A stretch of 64,000 nt of DNA from an uncultured Bacteroidales bacterium (GCA_947074105.1 CAMTON010000001.1:45814-109813); one strand, 5' to 3'; positions 1 to 10,580 are shown, counted from the stretch's first letter. Notes: a model not told the origin generated them from the letters alone. Numbers and translations: made by a program.

Positions 1-628
1 GTTTATTGTTTTCAATACCGATTATTGCTTTATTCACATTAACCGACTTCATAAGAATCTTAACACCTACAAGAATCTCATCTGCTTTTTCAAGCATCAG
101 CTGATGATCCGAAGTAAGATAAGGCTCACATTCCACCGCATTAATTATTATAACTTCAGCCTTTGTATTCGGAGGAGGCATAAGTTTAATATGTGTAGGG
201 AAAGTAGCACCACCAAGACCTACTATACCACATTCTTTTACTTTATCGACAATGGCTTTTGAATCAAGAGTAATCTCTTTTTTAAGATCGGCTGATCTGT
301 CAATAGCCTCTTCCCACTCATCGCCTTCAACGTCAATCACAACTGCCGGTTTTAGATTACCTGCCGAATCTGCAATAACATCAACTTTAGCGACCGTTCC
401 GCTTACAGATGAATGAATATTTGCAGACACAAAACCTGAAGCCTGAGCAATCAGTGTACCGGCTTTCACCTTATCGCCTTTTTTAACGACCGCCTGAGCA
501 GGTGCACCTATATGTTGTCCTAACGGAATAATCACTTGTTTTGGCAAATCAAGCGTTTCCACTTTCTTTTGAGCAGACAATTTATTTTCAGCCGGATGAA
601 TACCGCCGAGGAAAAATGTCTTTAACAT
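1..628 (-). CDS. rnfC: Rnf electron transport complex subunit C (5' part; runs off the window start)
   Basis: Read manually on the minus strand from ATG at 628: MLKTFFLGGIHPAENKLSAQ...IPLGQHIGAPA...GIVGLGGATFPTH...INAVECEPYLT. These are typical RnfC motifs, and the gene follows rnfB. Confidence 0.95.
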   Translation of the reverse strand, partial: MLKTFFLGGIHPAENKLSAQKKVETLDLPKQVIIPLGQHIGAPAQAVVKKGDKVKAGTLIAQASGFVSANIHSSVSGTVAKVDVIADSAGNLKPAVVIDVEGDEWEEAIDRSADLKKEITLDSKAIVDKVKECGIVGLGGATFPTHIKLMPPPNTKAEVIIINAVECEPYLTSDHQLMLEKADEILVGVKILMKSVNVNKAIIGIENNK

Positions 629-670
629 ATTATTGTAGTTTTAAATTCAAAAATAAAATTTCTAACACTC

Positions 671-1762
671 TTATCTGGAAACACCTATTTCTTCTTCTTT
701 GAAAAGAGAAGTCTGAACAGCTTCCGGCTGCTTTGGAGTTTCAGCCTTTACCGTTTCATTAATATCTTTTGTGTTTTCAGTTTCAGGTTTTGCAGGCTGT
801 TCCGGAGTCTGAGGTTTTTCAGCAGCAGGTGCTGCAGTTTCAGGAGCTTTAGGCTCAGCAGGAGCCTGAGGCTTACCATCCGGTGTGACATCCGGTTTAG
901 GAGTAACAGGTTTCGGAGCCTGATTTACTACCGGTTTTTCTTTTCTCGGAGGGAAATTCAAAGCAACGATAGCTCCTGTAGGGCATACAGGTTCACATTT
1001 TCTGCATGACTTACATTTGTCATTATCAATATATGCAATATTGTTTTCTATTGTTATAGCATCGAAAGGACATTCTTTCTGGCATTTCGTACATGCGATA
1101 CATGCTTTTGTACATGCTTTTCTTGCCACACCGCCTTTATCCTTATTAACGCAGCTTACATATATACGTCTGTTTGATTTTCCTTTCTTTCTCAGCTCGA
1201 TTATAAATTTAGGACAAGCCTTAACACATGCACCGCAGGCAGTACATTTCTCGTCATCAACTTCAGGCAATCCTGTTACGGGATTCATATGTATCGCGTC
1301 AAACTCACATGAAACGACACAATCGCCTAATCCTATACATCCGAATGAGCATCCGGTTTCTCCGCTGAAAGTATTAGCGGCAACAGCACAGCTTTTTGCC
1401 CCGTCATACTGACTTGTCGAAGGGCGGACTTCACAGCTGCCCTGACATCTTACTACGGCAACTTTAGGATCAGCCGCAACTACTTCCTGTCCTAATACCG
1501 AAGCGACCTGAGCCATAACTTCAGCACCACCTACAGGACAATTCAACCCCTCTAATGTTGTTGCCTTTACGCAAGCATCGGCAAAACCTTTACATCCCGG
1601 ATAACCGCATCCCCCGCAATTAGCCTGGGGTAAAACTTCATCAACCTGTGCAATTCTCGGATCTTCATAGACATAGAACTTCTGTGCTACCAGATAAAGT
1701 ATCACTGCTCCTATGGCTCCAATTACACCCAGCGTGATCAAAGCTATTAATATTAAATTCAT
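671..1762 (-). CDS. rnfB: Rnf electron transport complex subunit B (polyferredoxin) with a low-complexity C-terminal tail
   Basis: N-terminal TM helix, LPQANCGGCGYPGC FeS motif, several CxxCxxCxxxCP motifs, and position between rseC and rnfC. Confidence 0.95.
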   Translation of the reverse strand: MNLILIALITLGVIGAIGAVILYLVAQKFYVYEDPRIAQVDEVLPQANCGGCGYPGCKGFADACVKATTLEGLNCPVGGAEVMAQVASVLGQEVVAADPKVAVVRCQGSCEVRPSTSQYDGAKSCAVAANTFSGETGCSFGCIGLGDCVVSCEFDAIHMNPVTGLPEVDDEKCTACGACVKACPKFIIELRKKGKSNRRIYVSCVNKDKGGVARKACTKACIACTKCQKECPFDAITIENNIAYIDNDKCKSCRKCEPVCPTGAIVALNFPPRKEKPVVNQAPKPVTPKPDVTPDGKPQAPAEPKAPETAAPAAEKPQTPEQPAKPETENTKDINETVKAETPKQPEAVQTSLFKEEEIGVSR

Positions 1763-1839
1763 AGAAAATATGGTTATAATGAATAATTGTTTTTTACTCA
1801 GTACAAACCCTTATTAAGAGGAAGGAATAACCGAACGTT

Positions 1840-2253
1840 TTAATATTTACGAATATTAAAGACGAACTTGTTTTTCATTTTATTCTTAAAAAGAGATAGT
1901 ATCAGATAATAAGGGCATAGCGATATAAGAGCTATCAATGCCGAAATCCCTTCATTTCCCGTTATCACACTAAGGATAATCAGTACTGTCAGAAGCAGAA
2001 CAAACGGCAGGACAAAAGCATAAAACACTGCAAGAAACCCCATTGATGTTGTTCCTTCTATAACTACAGAATCTCCGACTTTAATATCATCATTTTTCAA
2101 CTGTACCGTAACTATTTTCTCTGATGTGTCAGAAAGGGTACAGGCACTTTTAGCATGACAAGACGAACAGGCAGACATCTGAATGATCTTCACCTCTGCA
2201 TGACCGCCATTTATACTGATTACAGTGCCGGCATGCTCTATTGTTTTACTCAT
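1840..2253 (-). CDS. rseC: RseC/MucC family protein (SoxR-reducing system)
   Basis: SACSSCHAKSAC motif and two C-terminal TM helices, upstream of rnfB. Start placed at MSKTIEH (2253), downstream of a TATATTTG promoter at 2283-2290. Confidence 0.9.
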   Translation of the reverse strand: MSKTIEHAGTVISINGGHAEVKIIQMSACSSCHAKSACTLSDTSEKIVTVQLKNDDIKVGDSVVIEGTTSMGFLAVFYAFVLPFVLLLTVLIILSVITGNEGISALIALISLCPYYLILSLFKNKMKNKFVFNIRKY

Positions 2254-2282
2254 TTTGTAAACTCTACATTGCAATACGGCTG

Positions 2283-2290
2283 CAAATATA
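2283..2290 (-). promoter_or_regulatory. Bacteroidetes -7 promoter element (TATATTTG) for the rseC-rnf operon
   Basis: Exact TAnnTTTG match on the minus strand, 30 nt before the rseC ATG. Confidence 0.7.
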
Positions 2291-2351
2291 TAGAATATTT
2301 AGACTTTGCATAATTATTATGAGCAAAATTTAAAGGAATATAAACGAATAT

Positions 2352-3137
2352 TTATTTATGAGAAAAAATTTGATTCCCGACTATCCAGTTATTAAGGGAA
2401 TCAAGTAAAACGGGTGAGTTTTTTCTGACTGCCCAGGCTACATTATATGTAAAGCCTATAGGAAGAGAATAATCGATATCGGGATAAAAAGGGGAAAGTT
2501 TTTCGGCAAGATGTCTGTTACATATTGTATATGAAACAGTGGAATCGGATACCATCTCCACCATTCTTGAAACAGAAACTCCTTCATGTTCCTCAATATA
2601 CACATCGCGACCAATCTCCTGGCAGAAATTAATCATTCGCAGTTTTATAGAAGGTAGTGGAGCAATATCGACACACTTGTTTTCAAGGCCGATAGTTTCT
2701 GTAATAAACCCGGGATTATTTATTGCCGCACGCTGCACAAGCATAAGTCGGTCGGTAGCGACCGGTACAGTAAATTCAAAATGATTTTCATAATCAGTTG
2801 TCACGGGTATAGATGCGGCGACAACATCGACTCTGTTTTTGAGCAGATCTTTTAATGCGTCAATCTTATTGTTATAGGAGGATATTTCCACTTCAGGAAT
2901 ATCTTTCGTATGAAGACTTCTGAAAAATTCATAGACTTTTTCATTCTCTTCATCTGAAATTCCCGAACAGAATACGTCGTTAAGCACAGCGACCCTGAGC
3001 TTATTTTCTTTTTTTATGTCTGAATAATCACGAATCCTTGATTCGTCTGCGAATTTATTAATATTGAATACAAGAAGATATCCAAGCAGAATAAATAATA
3101 TCAGCAATCCGTAAGCAATTAAAAGTTTCCTATTCAT
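2352..3137 (-). CDS. Family-3 substrate-binding domain protein (MltF N-terminal-like), membrane anchored
   Basis: N-terminal TM, RDYSDIKKENKLRVA and WAVRKNSPVLLDSLNNW segments typical of Bacteroidales MltF/SBP_bac_3 proteins. No SLT domain. Confidence 0.7.
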   Translation of the reverse strand: MNRKLLIAYGLLILFILLGYLLVFNINKFADESRIRDYSDIKKENKLRVAVLNDVFCSGISDEENEKVYEFFRSLHTKDIPEVEISSYNNKIDALKDLLKNRVDVVAASIPVTTDYENHFEFTVPVATDRLMLVQRAAINNPGFITETIGLENKCVDIAPLPSIKLRMINFCQEIGRDVYIEEHEGVSVSRMVEMVSDSTVSYTICNRHLAEKLSPFYPDIDYSLPIGFTYNVAWAVRKNSPVLLDSLNNWIVGNQIFSHK

Positions 3138-3218
3138 AAATATCTCATATAACTCTATATATCAGCAAAATATACAAACATTAATTTAAAAAATCAAAAA
3201 CAAAAGTGAATTTTTGTT

Positions 3219-5198
3219 CTAATTATTAAAGTCAATGCTTACACCAAGCTTAAACACGCCAGGATTAAACGGATAATAAGGAGCTGAAAAATATTCATTT
3301 GAACCGAACAGACCTTTGTTCACATGATACATCATAACAAAGAAACGCACTTGTTTTAACTTACAGTTCGCAAAAACATTCATTAAAGGATAATTACCTA
3401 CTTTCTCGATTTCCTGATTATGGAACATCTGAGTTGCAGGCTGATACATCGGAGCATAATATTTAGTAAAATAATTACAATCGACACCAAGCTGAGTTTT
3501 CAGAACTCCGGCAATAGTAAAATTCAGATAAAGCTGAGAATAAGCAGCAATATCGGGCAATGCAATGACAGAAGAACTTGACTTCTGGAATGTAACGCTG
3601 TTTTTCCAGTTCAGGATTCCGAATTTAAAGTCCTGATCCAGTGCAGCCGAGAATATCTGAATATTGCCTCCGTACTGTTGCGGCAAAGATTCATCATCGA
3701 AATAAAGATAATTGGTTATATTTTCCACTCCAGCGCTTAAACGCGTTCTGGTAAAGGGAATTATAAGATTTCCCGCAACGCGATATCTCTGTTCTTTATC
3801 AAAATTATTTTTCCATCTGAAATGATTTGTAAAGAAACGTCGCATATAATAATTAGCCTCACTGTTTTTGAAATAACCGTCGGCCTGTACTATAATAGAA
3901 TCTTTGAACAAAGGAATCTTTGTCTGAATTGCACCCGTAATATCTATATCACCGATATTATAACCGGTAAGAGCCACCTTACCCTGTGCATTATAAGTAA
4001 GGATCGAGCCTTTTGTCTTGCTCAGCTCTCCTCCTACCCATAGGATATCGGTACGATAATGACGTGCGATATAGCCCATATCCAGTGTATCCTGCATATT
4101 GGTATATTTACGGTTTTCAAGAGTGGCAAATGCTGCAAGTCCGAACTTTGAATAACGGCTGAAGCCCTCATTAAGAGTTATAGCAAGAGTATTCTTTACA
4201 GACAAGTATCTTAAAGAGTCATCGGTCTCAGTGCTGTTAATATAGCTGTTAGGATAAAAACCGTCGGTCTGTATCCCTCCCTGTTCGATAATAAATTTTC
4301 TGTAGTTGCTGTTAAACTGAAATGTATGTACAAAGCTTGTTACAGGTACAAACTCTGTATATAATGTGGAGTCATCCTGTGCTTTATAAAAATCACGGTC
4401 GAAACCTACGTTATATCGTTGTGTAAAGAAAACCTCTTTGTTCTTTACCCTATTCCATGTATCGAGGAGATTGGTAGGAATATTCTTAGGATCTCTCAGA
4501 TTGGAACTTATATTTTCCGGTTTCAGAATATACTCGGGATCTGAGATACCGCCGTTCTCCTGATTTGAGAAATTTTCCATGTTGACCATGGCATGAGCTT
4601 CATATTTATCGCTTATATAACTTCCGAAAATCTGCCATGAAAGATTTTTCACACCCTGAAACTCATAGAATCCTCGTGCATATATATAGTCAAGAGCAGC
4701 ACCAAAACCAAGCTTCTTATTTACATTGGCTCCGAAAGTACCCATAAGACGATCTTCCGCATTAGGTTTGGAACCTCCCGTCAGATAAGAAACCTGTGTA
4801 AAAGGAATCTGTGTATTATAGAATTTCCTTGTTGTCGGAGTGACATTATATCTTTCATAGGCCTGAAGAAACATAAAATCAGGGGCCTGTCTGCGGTCCA
4901 TGAATATACGCGACTGTCCGGGAGAACCGAAGTTACCCAGATAATTGTATGAAGTACTGTAGCTGTCTTCAATGTCTGTTCTGTAATAATCAAGGAAGAC
5001 GGTATCCTGGTCTACCGCATAACGCGAATATACATTAGGGGAAAGTTGCCATGCATACGTTTTAACCTCCTGTACAATACAGGGATCGGATTCGCTTTTC
5101 TCCAAAGAGCTTTCAGGTGTAAAGCTCGGATTATCCTGCGGTCTTGCAGAAAAAGCAATACTTAATAATAATATGATGGTATATATAACACGTTTCAT
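3219..5198 (-). CDS. Putative porin (Bacteroidetes putative-porin beta-barrel family)
   Basis: Signal peptide from MKRVIYT (5198), aromatic alternating beta-strands, NQENGGI motif and C-terminal FKLGVSIDFNN. Confidence 0.75.
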   Translation of the reverse strand: MKRVIYTIILLLSIAFSARPQDNPSFTPESSLEKSESDPCIVQEVKTYAWQLSPNVYSRYAVDQDTVFLDYYRTDIEDSYSTSYNYLGNFGSPGQSRIFMDRRQAPDFMFLQAYERYNVTPTTRKFYNTQIPFTQVSYLTGGSKPNAEDRLMGTFGANVNKKLGFGAALDYIYARGFYEFQGVKNLSWQIFGSYISDKYEAHAMVNMENFSNQENGGISDPEYILKPENISSNLRDPKNIPTNLLDTWNRVKNKEVFFTQRYNVGFDRDFYKAQDDSTLYTEFVPVTSFVHTFQFNSNYRKFIIEQGGIQTDGFYPNSYINSTETDDSLRYLSVKNTLAITLNEGFSRYSKFGLAAFATLENRKYTNMQDTLDMGYIARHYRTDILWVGGELSKTKGSILTYNAQGKVALTGYNIGDIDITGAIQTKIPLFKDSIIVQADGYFKNSEANYYMRRFFTNHFRWKNNFDKEQRYRVAGNLIIPFTRTRLSAGVENITNYLYFDDESLPQQYGGNIQIFSAALDQDFKFGILNWKNSVTFQKSSSSVIALPDIAAYSQLYLNFTIAGVLKTQLGVDCNYFTKYYAPMYQPATQMFHNQEIEKVGNYPLMNVFANCKLKQVRFFVMMYHVNKGLFGSNEYFSAPYYPFNPGVFKLGVSIDFNN

Positions 5199-5359
5199 AG
5201 CCTGCAAATATAAGATAAAATAAGAAATTGCAAGAATAATAAACTTCAATAAAAGCAAATTGCTCCATATTAAGGTATGCCTTAACATGGAGCAACGCTC
5301 TGTTATTTAAATTATATTTACAAATAAAAATGATTTTAGCAATATTGTATTAAAATTCA

Positions 5360-8032
5360 TCAATTATTATTTTCAATATTAGAAATCACTTCTTCCGCCT
5401 GTTTCTGAGCTTCCTTCTTCAGTTTTTCGGCAGCCTTCTCTGCTGCAATTTTGAGCAAAGGATTGTTTCCGGCTTTTTCAATAAGTTTTTTTGCCTCTGC
5501 TTCAGCATCAGAGATCATCTTATCAGCCTTTCTCCGGGCTTCCGCCATCACTTCGGCTTTTCTTTCTGGGCTCATCGTACTGAGACTGTCTGTAGGAATT
5601 CCCAGTTTATCAGCTACTATATCTTTTACTTTGTCTGCCGCACCTGTTGCCACGTCAGCAGCCATAGCCTTTGTATCAAGCGAGACATTCGGATTTGATA
5701 CAGTTCCTGTAATAGTGAAAGGAAGATTCTTAATACTCATATTCATAATCCTGATATTATCCGAAGGAATAGATATCTTGCCTTTCAGGTCAAGAGTCTG
5801 ATCAAGTCCGGTAGAACCGCCAAGTGTAAGAGTCACGGTTCCCGCCTTAATGTCGAACGGATTAACCGAGAGTCTTCCCTTTTCTATTTCAAATGACAGA
5901 TTCAGATCTTTCATACTGAGAGTCTTAAGTTTGTCATAATTAAGCAGATCGGCCATCCTGTCAAGAGCCTCAACACCCGATACAGAAACATCAGAGCTTT
6001 TTATTGTTCCTTTTGCCCATAACGAATTAAGATCAGGCGAGAAGTCGGGCAATATATCGGTTTTCAATCCAAGCGACATAGAATATCGGCCTGTCATATT
6101 ATTGAATACAGGAGCTATCTTCTGAAGCGATTCCATAGATTCAAAGCTTTTTCTGAACGAAGCATTGTTTACATTGAAATTCATATCGGCTTTTGGCACC
6201 GACGGAAGTGATGTATCATATTTTCCGTTCATATTTACCGTTCCGTCAAACGCATTCATCTTTATGGAAGATATATCTGCTATACCGCCTGCGACAGTCA
6301 GCTTACCCGTAACATCGGTAAGTATTACCCGGTCAACAGCTACCTTCTTTAGATTTACATTCATTTTAAAATCTATATTCCCGGGAATTACTACGACACC
6401 CGCGGTATCACTTTTTTCAGCTTCTGTTTCTTTTTCGGCTTCTACTTTTTCAATAACAGGCTCCGGAGTTACGAAATCAGACATAAGAATCATATCTGAA
6501 GCAATATCCAGCTCTCCTTTTACAGTATATCCTTTCAATATATACGGAATAAAATTCTCCACTCTGCCGTTTATGGCAACATCGCTTGACTTCACCTTGA
6601 GTTTTGTATCTTCAAGACTAACATATTTAGGAGAAAAATTCAACCGGGCATTATCAACAACGACTTTCCCAAGATCATTATTTTCAAATCCGAAACCCTG
6701 CACTCTTACCGAGCCGTCGGCTCTGATATTCTCATATGCCTGTTTCTCAATCTGCGAAAGAGTACCTTTCAGAGTAAGATCAGATGTTATGACTCCGGTA
6801 AGTTTTTTCATATCCTCCACCGGATATACACTTGAAATCTTAGAAAGATCGATCACACCCTTTGCTGCTGCTTCATAACTAAGATCCGTGACCATATTGG
6901 TGGCTTGTCCGGCCAGATCAAAACTGTTGCCTAGTATCGAGACATGAAGTCGCTTTATATATGCTACGACATTGTCGGCATTGCCGCCTTTCGAATTAGC
7001 ACCAAGATCAATATTAATATTATCGACAGAAGCCGGAACACCTGCATATTTAAACATCCCGTTTTTCACATTCAGCATGAAATCAAAAGCAGGCAGCACA
7101 TCGTCATACATCTCCCCTTTTGCCCATGCTGCAATCCCGACATCACCTTTTGCTTCAAGTTTGTCGAATTCTTTGGAATATATTGCAGGAACAAGTGACA
7201 GAATCTCCTTAAAAGTCACATTTTCAGTGTTGAATTTAATATCAAGATCCAGCCTCGAACTGTCTTTAACCGCTACAACACCTTCAAGAGATGTTTTTAT
7301 AGCATTTAAAGATATTGTGTTTTTCCCAAGTTCATAGACATTGTCTTTAAGGTTGGCATTTATATCTACAGATGATATAAACTTCATATCGGAAACATAT
7401 TTCACATTTTCAGACCACATATTTATAGCTGTCACTGAAAGGTCTGACTTAAGCTTTGTCTGATCCGCACTCATATCTCCGGAAAGAAGCATATTGATAT
7501 CGTTGAGTTCGGTTTTCATATTAAGGACACAGTCATCATAGACTATGATACCTTCTTTTATTATAAATCTCTTAAGGCTCAACATCATATTATCGTCTGA
7601 CGATGTTTCCGGGGTTTCTTTTTCTTTTTCCTCCTCATCTTTCATTATATCCCAGTTAGGAATACTTTCGCAATTCACTCTTGCATATATATGAGGTGCA
7701 TCAAGACGAATCTCTTTAATGACAATCCCTTCAGAACCGAAAAAACTTGCAATATCGACTGAAGCTGCTATTCGTGCGGCAGAGAGTAAGGTATCTCCTT
7801 CGTAACATCCGTTTCCGATAACGGAAAGCTTGTCTATTCCCACCGAAACTTCCGGAAAAGCTCTGAAGAAGCTTATATTGACGTCACCGAAATCAACTGT
7901 AGCGTTGAGCATTTGATTGATCTGTTTTTTTACTACAGAAGTAATCTTATCCTTCAGAAAAAATGGAGTAACAAACATTACCGCCACTATCACGGCAATT
8001 ACAATAGTAAATACTTTAATAAATTTTCTCAT
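5360..8032 (-). CDS. AsmA family envelope protein
   Basis: N-terminal TM anchor, long beta-rich body, LGGSTGLDQTLD and FTITGTVSNPNV AsmA C-terminal pattern, and a helical Ala/Lys-rich tail. Confidence 0.85.
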   Translation of the reverse strand: MRKFIKVFTIVIAVIVAVMFVTPFFLKDKITSVVKKQINQMLNATVDFGDVNISFFRAFPEVSVGIDKLSVIGNGCYEGDTLLSAARIAASVDIASFFGSEGIVIKEIRLDAPHIYARVNCESIPNWDIMKDEEEKEKETPETSSDDNMMLSLKRFIIKEGIIVYDDCVLNMKTELNDINMLLSGDMSADQTKLKSDLSVTAINMWSENVKYVSDMKFISSVDINANLKDNVYELGKNTISLNAIKTSLEGVVAVKDSSRLDLDIKFNTENVTFKEILSLVPAIYSKEFDKLEAKGDVGIAAWAKGEMYDDVLPAFDFMLNVKNGMFKYAGVPASVDNINIDLGANSKGGNADNVVAYIKRLHVSILGNSFDLAGQATNMVTDLSYEAAAKGVIDLSKISSVYPVEDMKKLTGVITSDLTLKGTLSQIEKQAYENIRADGSVRVQGFGFENNDLGKVVVDNARLNFSPKYVSLEDTKLKVKSSDVAINGRVENFIPYILKGYTVKGELDIASDMILMSDFVTPEPVIEKVEAEKETEAEKSDTAGVVVIPGNIDFKMNVNLKKVAVDRVILTDVTGKLTVAGGIADISSIKMNAFDGTVNMNGKYDTSLPSVPKADMNFNVNNASFRKSFESMESLQKIAPVFNNMTGRYSMSLGLKTDILPDFSPDLNSLWAKGTIKSSDVSVSGVEALDRMADLLNYDKLKTLSMKDLNLSFEIEKGRLSVNPFDIKAGTVTLTLGGSTGLDQTLDLKGKISIPSDNIRIMNMSIKNLPFTITGTVSNPNVSLDTKAMAADVATGAADKVKDIVADKLGIPTDSLSTMSPERKAEVMAEARRKADKMISDAEAEAKKLIEKAGNNPLLKIAAEKAAEKLKKEAQKQAEEVISNIENNN

Positions 8033-8155
8033 ATTTATAATAATATTTTATATACTATCAAATATAGACAATAATAATCATTATTCAATCACTATGATTC
8101 ACTTACAATATTTCTGTCTTAATTAATCTGTTTAAATGGTGAAAAGCTGTTTCGT

Positions 8156-8240
8156 TACAACCGTACGGTTGCAATATTAACACTGTACGGTTGCGATATG
8201 ACAAGTGTACGGTGATAATATTGCAACTGTACAGTTGCAG
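8156..8240. repeat. Four-unit 22-bp-period array of GTAC-centred palindromes
   Basis: GTAC cores at 8163, 8185, 8207 and 8229. Perfect palindromes CAACCGTACGGTTG (8158-8171) and TGCAACTGTACAGTTGCA (8222-8239). Confidence 0.9.
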
Positions 8241-8371
8241 AAAAACTTAATTGTTGATAAAAAAACAGATATGAAATTCACAAACTTAACCACAAGTTTG
8301 TTAATCTTATTATTAACAGAATCAAGTCCTGTTATATCGCTGTTTTAATCTGTACATATTAATAACAATAG

Positions 8372-10525
8372 ATGATAAATATAAATCTTCTCTTTGTTCA
8401 TGAGTTTCATCTTCCGATTTCAAACCCGGTAATGAAATTCCTGATTATTTTATTAATAATACTTTTTGCTCCTCTTATACTTAACAGACTTAAAATCCCT
8501 CATATATTAGGCCTGATAATAGCAGGTGCCTTTGTTGGCCCGAACGGTTTCAATCTTGTAACAAGAGACAGCAGTATTATTCTTTCGGGAACAGCCGGAA
8601 TGCTTTATATTATGTTTCTTGCCGGTCTGGAGATTGATTTTAATGAGTTTATACGCAACTGTAAGAAAAGTGCGGTCTTCGGAATGTACACTTTTGTAAC
8701 ACCTATGATACTGGGCATTATTTCAGCTCTGTTTATTTTAAAACTCAATATACTTACCTCGATACTTCTGGCCAGTCTTTTTGCCTCTCACACCCTTATC
8801 ACATACCCGCTTATATCAAAAGTCGGAGTAAAGAACAACAGAGCAGTCACCATTACGGTCGGCGGAACGGTGCTTACCGATACTCTTGCCTTGCTTGTAC
8901 TTGCTATAATAGTAGGTATTTCGGGAGGATCGGTTGACACATTTTTCTGGATAAGACTTATAATTTCCATATTGATATTCGGAACAATAGTACTGATACT
9001 CTTTCCTCTTATTGCAAGATTTTTTTTCAAAAATCATACGGACGGTATATCTCAGTATATATTTGTTCTGGTGATGGTATTCCTAGGCGCTACACTTGCC
9101 GAACTGGCAGGAATAGAGGGCATCATCGGAGCATTTCTCTCCGGCCTTGCACTTAACAGACTTATACCACATTCTTCAGCACTGATGAACAGAATTGAAT
9201 TTATCGGAAATTCCATTTTCATACCGTTCTTTCTTATAAGTGTCGGAATGCTGATAGATTTTCGTGTTTTCGTTTATGGGTGGGAGACTATTTTTACTGC
9301 TTTTATAATGACAGCTGTAGCTACTTCAGCCAAATTCCTGGCAGCTTTTTTCACACAGAAAACATTCAGATTCAATACAATTGAGCGTGATATAATATTC
9401 GGGCTCAGCAATGCTCAGGCGGCAGCAACTCTGGCAGCAGTACTTGTCGGTTATAATGTGATTCTGGGATATGACGCTGCGGGGGAACCGATCAGGCTTC
9501 TTTCGGAAAACATTCTTAACGGAACAATTATTATGATTCTTATAACCTGTACGATAGCTTCATTTGTAACACAAAAAGGAGCAAGACGTCTTGTCCTTAG
9601 TGAAAACATAGACACTATGAGCAAGAATAATGAGTTTAATAATATTCTTATCCCGATAAGTAATCCCGATAATGCCGAGGAACTGATATCTTTCGCGTTT
9701 ATCCTGGAACCAAATAATTCAACCAATTCGATACATGTGGCTAATATAATCGATACTGATGCCGATCAGGATAAACTGATTGCCAATGCTAAAAAGATCT
9801 TTGAGAAAGCATTTCAATATTCATTTGCGGCTGACAGGCAGATAAACACCTGTCTTAGATATGATACCAATTATACCAACGGAATAGTAAGTCTGATAAG
9901 GGAGCATGATATTAAGGATCTTATCCTGGGAATAGATAAATACAAGTTTATTAAAAATTCCACTCTTGGCAAGATCATTAAAAGCATAATTAAAAACAGT
10001 AATGTTACAACCTATATTTACAGAGCTTCACAACCAATACAAACGATAAAAAGACAGATCCTAATCATCCCGCCTAATGCCGAACTGGAGCTTGGTTTCA
10101 GCTATTGGATTACAAGAATCTGGAATTATTTCAATGTTACAGGTACGGAAGTGAAGATATATGCCAATGAGGAAACTTTATCCGTATTACAATCCATAAA
10201 TAATGCGATACCTCTTAAAGTTGAATTCAGAAAATATCTTAAATACAGAGATCTGCTTATTATCTCACGCGATGTGAATATTGATGACGGGTTGATATTC
10301 ATAATGAGCCGAAACAATTCACCGTCATATGATGAAATCATGGATAATGTACCATATTATATCCATACTTATTTTGACGAAAATAATTTCATTCTTATTT
10401 ATCCGTTTCAGCAAAATGAAAATCTTTCCGATCCTGCCAACTTCATGAATCCGTCATCTTTGTCGGCTGTATTTAAACTTGAGGATATGGTAGACAGCAT
10501 TATAAACAGAATAGTCGGAAAATAA
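8372..10525 (+). CDS. CPA2 cation:proton antiporter with a C-terminal USP-like domain
   Basis: About 12 TM helices, MFLAGLEID and IIGAFLSGLAL motifs, and a soluble C-terminal domain beginning NILIPISNP. Confidence 0.9.
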   Translation: MININLLFVHEFHLPISNPVMKFLIILLIILFAPLILNRLKIPHILGLIIAGAFVGPNGFNLVTRDSSIILSGTAGMLYIMFLAGLEIDFNEFIRNCKKSAVFGMYTFVTPMILGIISALFILKLNILTSILLASLFASHTLITYPLISKVGVKNNRAVTITVGGTVLTDTLALLVLAIIVGISGGSVDTFFWIRLIISILIFGTIVLILFPLIARFFFKNHTDGISQYIFVLVMVFLGATLAELAGIEGIIGAFLSGLALNRLIPHSSALMNRIEFIGNSIFIPFFLISVGMLIDFRVFVYGWETIFTAFIMTAVATSAKFLAAFFTQKTFRFNTIERDIIFGLSNAQAAATLAAVLVGYNVILGYDAAGEPIRLLSENILNGTIIMILITCTIASFVTQKGARRLVLSENIDTMSKNNEFNNILIPISNPDNAEELISFAFILEPNNSTNSIHVANIIDTDADQDKLIANAKKIFEKAFQYSFAADRQINTCLRYDTNYTNGIVSLIREHDIKDLILGIDKYKFIKNSTLGKIIKSIIKNSNVTTYIYRASQPIQTIKRQILIIPPNAELELGFSYWITRIWNYFNVTGTEVKIYANEETLSVLQSINNAIPLKVEFRKYLKYRDLLIISRDVNIDDGLIFIMSRNNSPSYDEIMDNVPYYIHTYFDENNFILIYPFQQNENLSDPANFMNPSSLSAVFKLEDMVDSIINRIVGK

Positions 10526-10580
10526 TCTTTTAATTTCTCACTACGTTATATGCCGGTCGGATAAAGATATAACATCTGTT

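Noticed and set aside
5451-7337. Plus-strand ORFs of 84-237 aa inside asmA, and similar shadow ORFs across the window (e.g. 1017-1412, 30455-31042, 37592-38011)
   Set aside because: They are antisense to well-supported genes, have Ser/Ile/Phe-rich shadow-frame composition and carry no motifs.
8156-8240. CRISPR array or iteron-type origin
   Set aside because: The period is only 22 bp with no spacers, and there is no rep or cas gene nearby.
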